NCBI GenBank assembly: GCA_963675785.1
Contig: OY776562.1
Span: 2,400,001-2,464,000, forward strand
Length of the DNA stretch: 64,000 nt
From: Anaerolineae bacterium
GTDB lineage: Bacteria; Chloroflexota; Anaerolineae; UBA1429
Direction: 5' to 3'
Shown here: piece after piece, positions 21,992 through 31,403 of the stretch
Layout of the letters: every line of letters begins with the position of its first letter
How positions within the stretch are numbered: position 1 is the first letter of the stretch
Position numbers and translations under genes: made by a program
The notes under the pieces: model-generated
The model's database searches: none
The model's input: only the letters and a program-made list of their open reading frames with translations
What the model was told of the DNA's origin: nothing

Positions 21992-22303
21992 ATGAGACAG
22001 ACCAGTTCCGTATGCAGTTCCTGTGGGATTGAATATCTGGGATTTGATAAGGGCAAGAAATGCCCAGGGTGCCGAAAGCTCGACGAACTGACCCGAGGTG
22101 AGGGCGTCGTCCGTTGGTTTGACCCTCGCCGAGGTTACGGCTTTATCCGTTCGGAGCATCATGGAGATCTCTTTTTCCATCACTCGGATTTGTATGTCCC
22201 TAGGAGATCCATTCACCCCAATGTATCCGTTATCTTTTTGGTGGAACGAACCGATTCGGGCGTACAAGCGCGCCAGGTACACATGAACCAAGACGCAGAA
22301 TGA
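21992..22303 (+). CDS. Cold-shock domain protein with N-terminal CxxC..CxxC zinc ribbon
   Basis: CSSC/CPGC followed by GVVRWFDPRRGYGFI...DLFFHHS (RNP1/RNP2). Confidence 0.85.
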   Translation: MRQTSSVCSSCGIEYLGFDKGKKCPGCRKLDELTRGEGVVRWFDPRRGYGFIRSEHHGDLFFHHSDLYVPRRSIHPNVSVIFLVERTDSGVQARQVHMNQDAE

Positions 22304-22327
22304 CGTTTATCGAAGCAATACAGCGTA

Positions 22328-22336
22328 TGCTATAAT
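22328..22336 (+). promoter_or_regulatory. Extended -10 promoter for the membrane protein to der operon
   Basis: TGcTATAAT about 35 nt before ATG 22371. Confidence 0.55.
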
Positions 22337-22370
22337 CGTCAGACCATTGCATTAATCAAGAAAGTAAATC

Positions 22371-23054
22371 ATGGCTGACAAGGAAAATCCATCACTCATC
22401 CCTTATGCCCCCGCCGCCTGGGCAGCCGTGTGCGGTATAGCCGCAAGCGGCTTGGAGTTAACCTCTCTCACTCTGCTGGTAGCACCCATTATGGCCTGGC
22501 TAGCCGCCGATTCACTTGAAGGATTTATCGTTGTCAGCATAAAAAACTGGTGGCAGGATAAATCGCTTCGAGTTCTGTTTGTCGAAGCACTCGTCGTTTT
22601 TGCAATTGCGCTGGGGCTCGTCGCCCATTCAACACAGGCTGTGCTCATCATCATTGGGGCAATCGTCATCAACCTAGCCGCATTACTTTTGCCCAAGAAT
22701 GTAACCCCCACCATCCACCAGGCTACCCGAGTAACGGCTGCCTGGTTGGCGGCCCATGCAAGCCTAGGAATGCTAACCCTGCCGTCGCTCTTGTTGGGAT
22801 TGGGTGTAGGGCTGATGACTGCACTGCGTACAAGTCGGCACATGCTCGTCCCTCGTGTGGCCATGGGCCTCTTGTGGGGGACGTTGGCCGTTGGGCTCTT
22901 CCTCGCCCACCAGCCTCAGTTGGGTGTGCCCGTTGTTGCAGCAGGGCTGGTCGATATAGGTCTCGCGCAAGATATTCCCGATTCTGCTCCCAGTATTGGC
23001 TGGTCAGCAAGTATGCTATTGGGCGCCCTGGCCAGCGCCTACTGGAACATCTGA
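22371..23054 (+). CDS. Hypothetical multi-pass membrane protein
   Basis: 227 aa, very hydrophobic, several predicted TM segments; 3-bp gap to the next gene. Confidence 0.7.
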   Translation: MADKENPSLIPYAPAAWAAVCGIAASGLELTSLTLLVAPIMAWLAADSLEGFIVVSIKNWWQDKSLRVLFVEALVVFAIALGLVAHSTQAVLIIIGAIVINLAALLLPKNVTPTIHQATRVTAAWLAAHASLGMLTLPSLLLGLGVGLMTALRTSRHMLVPRVAMGLLWGTLAVGLFLAHQPQLGVPVVAAGLVDIGLAQDIPDSAPSIGWSASMLLGALASAYWNI

Positions 23055-23057
23055 TTC

Positions 23058-23732
23058 ATGACGGCGTTTTGGATTGGAGGACTATTTCTACTGGCGGCAG
23101 CTGCCCTGTATTGGCTGCTGATCAGTACAGAGGGAACCTATCTCGGACCGCAAATAGTAGCCCTTCTCTATGATTGGACCGCACACCGTTATGAGAATAT
23201 TAAAAACGTATCGTTCCTGAACGAAGTTCAATACATCGGTTTGCCCCTGGCAGAACGGTTAGAAGGTATACAGGAGCCTGTCATTCTTGATGTGGCCACC
23301 GGCACAGCACGAGTCGCCAGAGCACTGTTGCGCGGTACGAATCAGAGGGCACACATCATCGGCTTAGACCGCTCACCCGGCATGCTCAAAGAGGCAGCGC
23401 ATATCTGTGAGGACTTGGTTTCGCTTGACCTTGTTCTGGGCGACGCCGCAAACCTCCCCATTGCCGATGGCTGCTGCGATTGCGTTGTCTGTCTTGAGGC
23501 TCTCGAATTCTTTGCCTCACCTGACACGGTATTGCGCGAATTTCTGCGCGTACTCAAGCCCGGCGGGCAACTCTTGGTCTCTAATAGGGTTGGAACGGAT
23601 GCACTGGCCTTTCCAGACCGACTTGCAGGGCGTGGCGATACTGAAAGACGACTGGAAAAAGCTGGCTTGAGCCAGATTCAGACAGAACGCTGGCAAATTC
23701 ATTATGATATCATCTGGGCAGCCAAGCCCTGA
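23058..23732 (+). CDS. Class I SAM-dependent methyltransferase (UbiE/MenG-like) with N-terminal membrane anchor
   Basis: ILDVATGTA motif I, GLDRSPGML, GDAANLP, RVLKPGG. Confidence 0.85.
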   Translation: MTAFWIGGLFLLAAAALYWLLISTEGTYLGPQIVALLYDWTAHRYENIKNVSFLNEVQYIGLPLAERLEGIQEPVILDVATGTARVARALLRGTNQRAHIIGLDRSPGMLKEAAHICEDLVSLDLVLGDAANLPIADGCCDCVVCLEALEFFASPDTVLREFLRVLKPGGQLLVSNRVGTDALAFPDRLAGRGDTERRLEKAGLSQIQTERWQIHYDIIWAAKP

Positions 23733-23754
23733 ATTCTAGATGCGCGGAGGCAAC

Positions 23755-24684
23755 ATGAAAGACAACTGGCTATCTCTTGAGACGCAAACCCCCGACTCGC
23801 TCAATGCCCTGTTGGACCTGGCAGAGAGCCTAAAGGCCCAGCTGCAGGCCGGGGGCAATGAGCCTCTGTTGAGGGGTAAGGCATTGGCCATGCTTTTTAT
23901 GAAACCCTCTTTGAGAACACGCGTTTCCTTTGAGATGGGCATGGAACAGCTCGGGGGACATGCTCTTTATCTTTCACCTGATGAGGTAGGCCTGGGCAAA
24001 CGCGAAAGTGTCGCCGATGTTGCCCGCGTGCTGAGCCGCTTTGTGGATGGCATTATGGCGCGCGTCTTTGCGCATGATGACGTCGTTGAGCTGGCCAAAT
24101 GGGCCTCTATCCCCGTTATCAACGGCCTTTCAGATTACAACCACCCCTGCCAGGGGCTTACTGATCTGTTGACAATTCGTGAGAAATTGGGGTATCTCAA
24201 AGGAGTTTCACTGGCCTATGTCGGCGATGGCAACAATATGACGCATACACTCATGTATGCGGCCGCCTTGACGGGCATGAGACTCACTATTGCTACGCCT
24301 CCTTGTTATGAACCCTTGCAAAACGTTGTGGCACGTGCACTAGAGCTTGCCAAGCAGTATGATACAGGTGCAACGATTACGGTTACCCGTGATTGCACAG
24401 CGGCCGTATATGGCGCTCAGGTTCTATACACTGATACTTGGACCAGTATGGGACAAGAGGAAGAGGAAGAGGAACGGCTCAAGGTTTTTCCGCCTTACCA
24501 GATCAATGCCGAGCTGTTGAGCAAAGCGGCTCCGGACGCTAAGGTGATGCACTGTCTTCCTGCGCATCGCGGACAGGAAATCACAGACGAGATTGCGGAT
24601 GGCGCAGACTCGTGGTTGTTCGATCAGGCTGAGAATCGCTTGCATGCCCAAAAAGCGATACTGGTAACGCTTTTGAAGGACTAG
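23755..24684 (+). CDS. argF: Ornithine carbamoyltransferase
   Basis: [31 protein letters not shown]; GGAGG SD. Confidence 0.93.
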   Translation: MKDNWLSLETQTPDSLNALLDLAESLKAQLQAGGNEPLLRGKALAMLFMKPSLRTRVSFEMGMEQLGGHALYLSPDEVGLGKRESVADVARVLSRFVDGIMARVFAHDDVVELAKWASIPVINGLSDYNHPCQGLTDLLTIREKLGYLKGVSLAYVGDGNNMTHTLMYAAALTGMRLTIATPPCYEPLQNVVARALELAKQYDTGATITVTRDCTAAVYGAQVLYTDTWTSMGQEEEEEERLKVFPPYQINAELLSKAAPDAKVMHCLPAHRGQEITDEIADGADSWLFDQAENRLHAQKAILVTLLKD

Positions 24685-24702
24685 CCCCGAAAGGTACAGC
24701 CC

Positions 24703-25551
24703 GTGGCCAATGTTCTGTGGATTCTGCAAAAAATAGATCTCTTGAACATTGTCGACATCCTGCTGGTTGCCGGCATTATCTACATGATCCTGCTGCTCCT
24801 TCGCGGCACGCAGGCCGTCCAATTGCTGCGTGGTGTTATTCTGTTGGTGCTCGTCGTCGCTGTTATCGGCAGCCTGGCAGGCCTTACCGCTTTTAACTGG
24901 TTGATACGCACAGGCGGGCAGTTTCTGGCTATTGCTGTCGCTGTCGTACTACAGCCAGAATTGAGGCGCGCGCTGGAGCGCATCGGTAGAGCCGGCACTG
25001 CCGCATTGTGGCGAGGCCGCGAGCTAGAGCTAGACCTGGTCATACGAGAAATCGCCAGCTGTGCGCAGCATTTGTCAGATCGGCGACACGGCGCACTCAT
25101 CGTCATCGAACGCGAATCTGGCTTGCAGGACGTGATCGAAAGCGGTGTAGAGATCGATAGCAAAGTCACAGATCAACTTTTGCAAACCATCTTTTTCCCC
25201 AACACAGCCCTGCATGACGGCGCCGTTATCATCCGAGCTAACCGTGTTGTTGCAGCGGCCTGTGTATTGCCGCTTGCACAAAATGTATCCACAGGTGCTC
25301 ACATTGGCACAAGACATCGTGCCGCGCTAGGCATCACGGAACAGACCGACGCCCTGGCAATTGTCGTTTCGGAAGAGACTGGCACCATATCGCTAGCTCG
25401 TAGCGGCCGAATGGCGCGCTATCTTGATGAACGAAGACTGACAACACTCTTGCAAAGCCTGCTCTCACCCAAAGTAGAGCGCAAGAGCACGGGACTATGG
25501 CGCTTTATGCCCTATTCCTGGCGCCCAGAAAAAACCGACCGACGCTCTTGA
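24703..25551 (+). CDS. cdaA: Diadenylate cyclase CdaA/DacA
   Basis: 3 N-terminal TM segments, QPELRRALE, LHDGA and GTRHRAA catalytic motifs, VSEETG. Confidence 0.95.
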   Translation: MANVLWILQKIDLLNIVDILLVAGIIYMILLLLRGTQAVQLLRGVILLVLVVAVIGSLAGLTAFNWLIRTGGQFLAIAVAVVLQPELRRALERIGRAGTAALWRGRELELDLVIREIASCAQHLSDRRHGALIVIERESGLQDVIESGVEIDSKVTDQLLQTIFFPNTALHDGAVIIRANRVVAAACVLPLAQNVSTGAHIGTRHRAALGITEQTDALAIVVSEETGTISLARSGRMARYLDERRLTTLLQSLLSPKVERKSTGLWRFMPYSWRPEKTDRRS

Positions 25552-25562
25552 GGGGGCACCCG

Positions 25563-26903
25563 ATGAAAAAATTAAAGTGGGACAACCTCAGCTCCATACT
25601 TCTAGCCATTACACTGGCCCTTATCCTCTGGGTCTATGCCACCTATGAGAACGATGCCCCCTATACCGATATATTTTCGGAAACAATTACTATCCAGATT
25701 CAGAACCAGGATGTCGATATGGCCGTCGTCGATTCCGTCGAGGAAACCGTCCAAGTAACCATACGCGCTTTCCAATCCGATTGGGATACTCTTACGGCAA
25801 ACAGTTTTCGGGCAACCGCAGATTGGGGCGGGCTCGGTGAGGGCGTACACACTGTACCCATCGTAGTGACTTGTTCTGATCCCACAGTGACGATTATAAG
25901 CGTTCAACCCGAGGCAATGTATGTAGAACTCGAACCCATCATCTCGCGAACAGCGCAGATCGATCTGCGGCTCACCGATGAAGACTCGCTTGCGCTGGGT
26001 TATGTGCTGGGTACGCCGGCCGTATCACCAACCACCGTTACTATCAGTGGCCCGGAAAGCGTCATAGAAAAAGTTAGCTCCGTCAGAGCCACTTTGAGCC
26101 TCCTCGACAAAAGCGAGAGCATCGACCAAGATGTAGTGCTTATTGCACTTGATGCCAACGGTGAGATCGTTGGTGGGGTGACAATCTATCCCGAAAAAAC
26201 ACACGTCTCTATAGAGCTGGAACAAACACTCACTTCACGCGAGGTTGCCGTACGCGCCTCCACTACCGGCCAGCCTGCTCGTGGCTACTTTATCAGCGGC
26301 CTCTCTACAGATCCGGCTACCATCACTGTTATTGGGCCGCCATCTATCGTCGAAGATATGTCTGGTCTCATTTCCACTGTGTCCGAGATCGATGTAACCG
26401 ATGCTACGCGCATGATTGCTGAGCGCCTCGAACTCGATCTGCCCGATGAGGTGACAGCCATCGATGAGAACAATGAGCCGCTGACAGAGGTGCTGGTTAC
26501 AGTCGAGATCGATGCCATTACCAGCGGAACCACTATCGAAGTTCCCCTCACAGCTCGCGATCTTTCGGATGGATATGAGGTAGAATTGTCTGTAGAGACA
26601 GTTGATGTTATCCTAACAGGACCGGCTGTTGTCATTGACGAGTTGAACACGGCGCTCGTTGAGGCATATGTCGACTTGAGCGGTCTTGAAGAAGGCACAC
26701 ACCAACTCAAGACATCGGTAGAATTGCTCGTTGCGCAGAATCCGAACCTGGCAGATCTGGTGGTTACCAGTATCTCGCCCGCGTTTGTTGAGGTCACCAT
26801 CCAGTCGCTGGCTACTCCCACGCCAACGCCAACCGTGAAACCGAGCGCCACACCAACCAGAATCGCCACACCGGCACCAACCAAGAACAGCACATCCCCG
26901 TGA
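25563..26903 (+). CDS. cdaR: CdaR/YbbR-domain regulator of CdaA
   Basis: N-terminal TM (ILLAITLALILWVYA), repeated P.TV.I.GP YbbR units; follows cdaA. Confidence 0.85.
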   Translation: MKKLKWDNLSSILLAITLALILWVYATYENDAPYTDIFSETITIQIQNQDVDMAVVDSVEETVQVTIRAFQSDWDTLTANSFRATADWGGLGEGVHTVPIVVTCSDPTVTIISVQPEAMYVELEPIISRTAQIDLRLTDEDSLALGYVLGTPAVSPTTVTISGPESVIEKVSSVRATLSLLDKSESIDQDVVLIALDANGEIVGGVTIYPEKTHVSIELEQTLTSREVAVRASTTGQPARGYFISGLSTDPATITVIGPPSIVEDMSGLISTVSEIDVTDATRMIAERLELDLPDEVTAIDENNEPLTEVLVTVEIDAITSGTTIEVPLTARDLSDGYEVELSVETVDVILTGPAVVIDELNTALVEAYVDLSGLEEGTHQLKTSVELLVAQNPNLADLVVTSISPAFVEVTIQSLATPTPTPTVKPSATPTRIATPAPTKNSTSP

Positions 26904-26927
26904 TGTTGCGATAGAAAATGGAAGCGA

Positions 26928-28265
26928 ATGGCCACTAAACCAATTGTCGCCCTTGTTGGGCGGCCTAACGTAGGGAAATCTACGTTATTTAACCGCCTCG
27001 CAGGCGAACGCATCGCCATCGTCGAGGATTTGCCCGGCACCACGCGAGACCGGCAATACGCTGATGTCGAGTGGCAGGGGCGCATCTTTACCATTGTTGA
27101 CACGGGAGGGCTGGTACTCGGTGACGAGGACAAGCTCGTCGAAGCCGTCAGAGGCCAGGCGCAAATGGCCATCGATGAAGCCGATGTGATCGTTTTTCTC
27201 ACCGACATTACCACCGGCCTCACCCCTGCTGAACATGAAATTGCCGATATCCTGCGACGAACACACAAACCTATCATTCTGACCGCCAACAAGGCCGATA
27301 ACTTAAAACGAGAAATGCTCATTCACGAGTTTTACGAGCTGGGTTTAGGAGAACCCTACCCCATCTCGGCGCTGGGCGGGCTCAGCACGGGCGACTTGCT
27401 GGATAGAATCGTCGAGAGGCTGCCTGAAAGCGGCTCACAAGAAGAAGACGATGATGACTTGCTGAAAATTGCCATCGTCGGACGGCCCAACGTCGGCAAA
27501 TCATCCCTGGTCAATCGTTTGATGGGGGAAGAACGCGTCATCGTTTCTGACATCCCCGGCACCACACGTGATTCGATCGATACCACCATTCGCTTTCACG
27601 GCCAGGATATCAAGCTTATTGATACCGCCGGTATCCGCAAACGTGGCAAAATAGACCAGGGTATTGAGAAATACAGCGTGCTCAGAGCACTGCGCTCTAT
27701 AAGCCGCGCTGATGTGGTACTGCTGCTCCTTGATGCTTCAACTGGTGTTACCGAGCAAGATACGCACGTGGCCGGCTATATCCTCGATGAGGCCAAAAGC
27801 GTGATTGTGTTGGTGAACAAATGGGACCTGGTAGAAAAAGACAGCTATACCATGCTCGAATACGAAAAGCGTGTCCGCAACGAGCTCAAGTTCATGTCAT
27901 GGGTGCCTGTTCTGTTCATCTCGGCACTGTCAGGGCAGCGGGTCGGCAAAGTCATCACTGAAGCCATCCGCATCAATGACCTGCGGCAAAAGCGGCTCAG
28001 CACGACGGAAATCAACGACATCATCCGCAACGCCACCGCACGGCACTCGCCGCCCACAAAATGGGGACGCAAACTGCGTATCTACTTTGGTACCCAGGTA
28101 TCGATGACACCGCCCACATTTGTCATGTTCGTTAATGATGTACGCCTGGTGCACTTTGGCTATGAACGTTACCTGGAGAATCAAATTCGGGAACGGTACA
28201 AGTTCGAGGGGAGCCCTCTCAAGCTAGTCTTCCGAGGACACGAACCTAGAAAAGATGAGAGATAA
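26928..28265 (+). CDS. der: Ribosome biogenesis GTPase Der/EngA
   Basis: Two GRPNVGKS P-loops, DTGG/DTAG, C-terminal KH-like domain. Confidence 0.97.
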   Translation: MATKPIVALVGRPNVGKSTLFNRLAGERIAIVEDLPGTTRDRQYADVEWQGRIFTIVDTGGLVLGDEDKLVEAVRGQAQMAIDEADVIVFLTDITTGLTPAEHEIADILRRTHKPIILTANKADNLKREMLIHEFYELGLGEPYPISALGGLSTGDLLDRIVERLPESGSQEEDDDDLLKIAIVGRPNVGKSSLVNRLMGEERVIVSDIPGTTRDSIDTTIRFHGQDIKLIDTAGIRKRGKIDQGIEKYSVLRALRSISRADVVLLLLDASTGVTEQDTHVAGYILDEAKSVIVLVNKWDLVEKDSYTMLEYEKRVRNELKFMSWVPVLFISALSGQRVGKVITEAIRINDLRQKRLSTTEINDIIRNATARHSPPTKWGRKLRIYFGTQVSMTPPTFVMFVNDVRLVHFGYERYLENQIRERYKFEGSPLKLVFRGHEPRKDER

Positions 28266-28290
28266 ACGGCGCACCTGGCCTCCGGTCATC

Positions 28291-28328
28291 ATAAAAAGGG
28301 TATTTCCATTTGGAGATACCTTTTTTAT
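28291..28328 (+). terminator. Intrinsic terminator after der
   Basis: AAAAAGGGTATTTCCA-TT-TGGAGATACCTTTTTT inverted repeat with T tail. Confidence 0.75.
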
Positions 28329-28466
28329 CAATTGAAGAATACCCGGTGTTCGTAACCACCTGTATTCTCACCCATAAAAATACCTGCTTGTAAAACCATT
28401 GCATCAACCTACCAAGTGCCATATCTTGGCTGCATTCGATTGTTGTTCTGTTCAGAGGGGAGAACA

Positions 28467-31292
28467 ATGAGAGAGCGACTTTTGATGAACCGCAATTGGT
28501 TGTTCTATTTCGGCGAACCTGATTACAAGAGACCCAAGCCCACCTCTTCGGATCAGACCTACCACGGCAGTCGTGCCGAAAACGCCAGAGGCCCGGCAAG
28601 GCGCGATTTTACTGACAGTGACTGGAAAACTGTCACCCTTCCCCACGATTTCGTCAACGAGAATGGCCCCTCCCCGGATTGTTTGCCTGGCGAAAAACAC
28701 GGCTATCCCCTGGATAGAGGTTCCGCCTGGTACAGACGCTATTTCCGCCTGGAAGAAACAGACAGAGGCAAGAGGATTACACTGCTCTTTGATGGCGTAG
28801 CGACCCGTTGTGAAGTCTATGTCAACTCGATGTTCTTTAAACTCAACCGAACAGCGGGCATCGGCTTTGAAGTCGACATTACGGATGCCGCCCGCTTTGG
28901 CACGGATTACAACCTCGTTTCCGTCCATGTGGATTGTCATGATTACGAGGCCTGGTATTATGAAGGCGGCGGCATCTACAGAAACGTCTGGCTCATCAAA
29001 ACCGATCCGCTCGCCGTCGACCTTTGGGGAACCTTTGTGCGTTCAAAGCAGCTCGACGGCAACCAGTGGCAACTAGGTGTCGAGACAAAAGTTCGCAACG
29101 ACTATTACTCGGACAAGACTGCCAAAGTCATCTCCAGGATAGTCGATCCCTCTGGAGAGACCGTCGCCGAGCTCGTCTGTGATACCGAGAACTTTTTCGC
29201 TCAGGCAGTCACAACCGTATATCAGAATGTGCTATTGAGCGATCCCGCCCTCTGGAGCCCAGAGATCTGCAATCTCTACACGCTCTATACCGAGATCGTG
29301 CTCGACGGGGAAACTGTAGACGATTATCAGACTACCTTTGGCATCCGTGAGTTGAGATTCGATCCCGATCACGGCATGTTCCTCAATGGCAAAAAGACCG
29401 TCATTTACGGCTTTGCCAACCACCAGATACAGGTTGGCGTGGGCAATGCCATGAGCGACTCGATGCGCGAGTTTCAGCTTCGTACCATCCACGATATAGG
29501 CGGCAACGGCTTTCGCACAGCGCACAGCCCCCACGGCCCCGCTACATACGACTATTGCGACCGCTATGGCTTGATGGTGATGGATGAGAACCGCATCTTT
29601 CAACCTTCGGATACCGTCAAGGATGAGGTTCGGCGTTTGATCAAGCGTGACAGAAATCACCCTTCCGTAATCATGTGGTCGCTTTACAATGAAGAGGACA
29701 CCGTAACCCACGAAACCGGCAAGCGTATCTACCGTCGTCTGGCTTGCACGGCAAGAGAACTCGATCCGACCCGACCCATATCTGGTGCAACCTCTTATGG
29801 GATGTTCTCTGAGGGTGCAGATGAGGATTACGATCTGTTGGGCATCAATCACCAGACGATGAATTTCCCCGCTTTGCATCATGCCAAACCCGACAAGCCG
29901 CTCTACTCCTCCGAGATGGTCATTCCATTGGGAAAAGCCCGCAGTTTTCTGGGGTCGGATATAGTCCCTGGACAAGATGCGCATTCCACCGAGCTGGAAT
30001 ACGCCATAGGCGGTTATCATTTCACCGCCTGGGCCTTTGGCAGTGATAGGGGTAGGATATTCGCCTGCGACGGCACCCCAAGAACGATTGCCCACGGCTT
30101 TAGGGCCTATCTCAAACAAGACGAACCCTTTGTCAAGATATGCCCTGGCTGGAATCACCCCGAGAAAGAGGGGCAAAAGGTTGAGCTCAACATCGCCAAC
30201 AATGGTGATTATGTCGAGTTATTTGTGAACGGTACAAGTAGGGGAACGGTCAAAACGGATCTTTATACGATTACCCCTTTCACCACCCTCTACGAGCCTG
30301 GCGAAATCCAAGCTATCGCCTACAAGGATGGCAAACGATGGGCTGAGGACACGGCGCGTACATCAGGAGAGCCTGTGGCAATCAAACTCGTCATGGAGAA
30401 CCCCTCTCTGAAAGACGACAACGATGATGTGGCTATTATCTCCGCCTATCTCGTAGACGATGGCGGCAATTGGTGTGACACAGAAACCGGCTATCCCGTG
30501 CATTGGGACTGCAACTGCGCCGGCGAGTACGTGAGCTCTGTCTCCATACGAAATGACGGCTATATGGGCTGGCACGGCCCTGACACAACCTTCTTCGAGG
30601 GCAAGGTACAAGCCTTTTTCCGCTCATTGGCCGTTGATCAAGACCTCGTCATCACTGCAGAAACCGAAGGTTTGCCCAAAGCAGAGCTGGTGATACGCCG
30701 CGATAAGGTTGGTGCTATACCTGCTGTCACGGAGGTTCCCAACAATTTCATCCTCGATTGGCGAATTTCTAAACTCTATCCCTATACGATGGATGACGAG
30801 CAAGTCATGAAAGAGAGACAGATCGAACTTTGGGAGCACATTGATACCCAGGGCTCACCAGATATACTCTATGGCGCGCTGCCAGGGAGAACTGGCCCGG
30901 GCCTGTACCCCGCAGGAACGAGCATGAACTATGCCTACTATAGTTGCACCATGATTCCTGACATGGGCAATAAAGGTGGCAAAAAGCTGGCTTTGTTCTT
31001 TGAAGGACTAGATGGCATCGCCAACATCGTTGTCACCGACGGCACTAAAACAGCCCAAGGCCACCACCCTGCCAATTCACCCTGGCCGGGGCATTACCGC
31101 CCAGAGATGGTGGTCGACTGCGACCAATTCAAGCCTGGTGATCAAGTCGAGATTTGGGTGTTCATCCACGATGCCGTGAGGATTACTGGCATCGGTTGGC
31201 CAGTGCGTTGGGCATTTATGACGCAGCAAGAGATAGATGAGGTTGCGGAAAAGGAACGCCGAGAGTGGGCACTGCACACCTACAAAGGTTGA
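28467..31292 (+). CDS. Glycoside hydrolase family 2 (beta-galactosidase-like)
   Basis: LPHD, WYRRYF, LFDGV, GGGIYRNVWL, FGIR, RDRNHPSVIMWSLYNEE (acid/base), YSSE (nucleophile). Confidence 0.9.
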   Translation: MRERLLMNRNWLFYFGEPDYKRPKPTSSDQTYHGSRAENARGPARRDFTDSDWKTVTLPHDFVNENGPSPDCLPGEKHGYPLDRGSAWYRRYFRLEETDRGKRITLLFDGVATRCEVYVNSMFFKLNRTAGIGFEVDITDAARFGTDYNLVSVHVDCHDYEAWYYEGGGIYRNVWLIKTDPLAVDLWGTFVRSKQLDGNQWQLGVETKVRNDYYSDKTAKVISRIVDPSGETVAELVCDTENFFAQAVTTVYQNVLLSDPALWSPEICNLYTLYTEIVLDGETVDDYQTTFGIRELRFDPDHGMFLNGKKTVIYGFANHQIQVGVGNAMSDSMREFQLRTIHDIGGNGFRTAHSPHGPATYDYCDRYGLMVMDENRIFQPSDTVKDEVRRLIKRDRNHPSVIMWSLYNEEDTVTHETGKRIYRRLACTARELDPTRPISGATSYGMFSEGADEDYDLLGINHQTMNFPALHHAKPDKPLYSSEMVIPLGKARSFLGSDIVPGQDAHSTELEYAIGGYHFTAWAFGSDRGRIFACDGTPRTIAHGFRAYLKQDEPFVKICPGWNHPEKEGQKVELNIANNGDYVELFVNGTSRGTVKTDLYTITPFTTLYEPGEIQAIAYKDGKRWAEDTARTSGEPVAIKLVMENPSLKDDNDDVAIISAYLVDDGGNWCDTETGYPVHWDCNCAGEYVSSVSIRNDGYMGWHGPDTTFFEGKVQAFFRSLAVDQDLVITAETEGLPKAELVIRRDKVGAIPAVTEVPNNFILDWRISKLYPYTMDDEQVMKERQIELWEHIDTQGSPDILYGALPGRTGPGLYPAGTSMNYAYYSCTMIPDMGNKGGKKLALFFEGLDGIANIVVTDGTKTAQGHHPANSPWPGHYRPEMVVDCDQFKPGDQVEIWVFIHDAVRITGIGWPVRWAFMTQQEIDEVAEKERREWALHTYKG

Positions 31293-31320
31293 GCACTAAA
31301 AAGCCTATACCTGCCTAAAT

Positions 31321-31361
31321 ATAAAAGGGTGTATTTCTCCCAAGACGAGAAATACACCCTT
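31321..31361. terminator. Hairpin terminator between convergent GH2 and miaB
   Basis: AAGGGTGTATTTCTC...GAGAAATACACCCTT perfect 15-bp stem; T tail on the minus strand. Confidence 0.75.
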
Positions 31362-31403
31362 AAACTATCATCTGTGAAACATCTCTAGATCACAGAACCC
31401 TGT

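Noticed and set aside
26805-26900. Pro/Thr-rich repeat (TPTPTPTVKPSATPT) at the CdaR C-terminus
   Set aside because: A low-complexity tail typical of exported proteins, not a DNA repeat element.
28388-28403. TGTAAAACCATTGCA, a LacI/cre-like operator upstream of GH2
   Set aside because: Lacks the central CG and the correct length; no regulator nearby.
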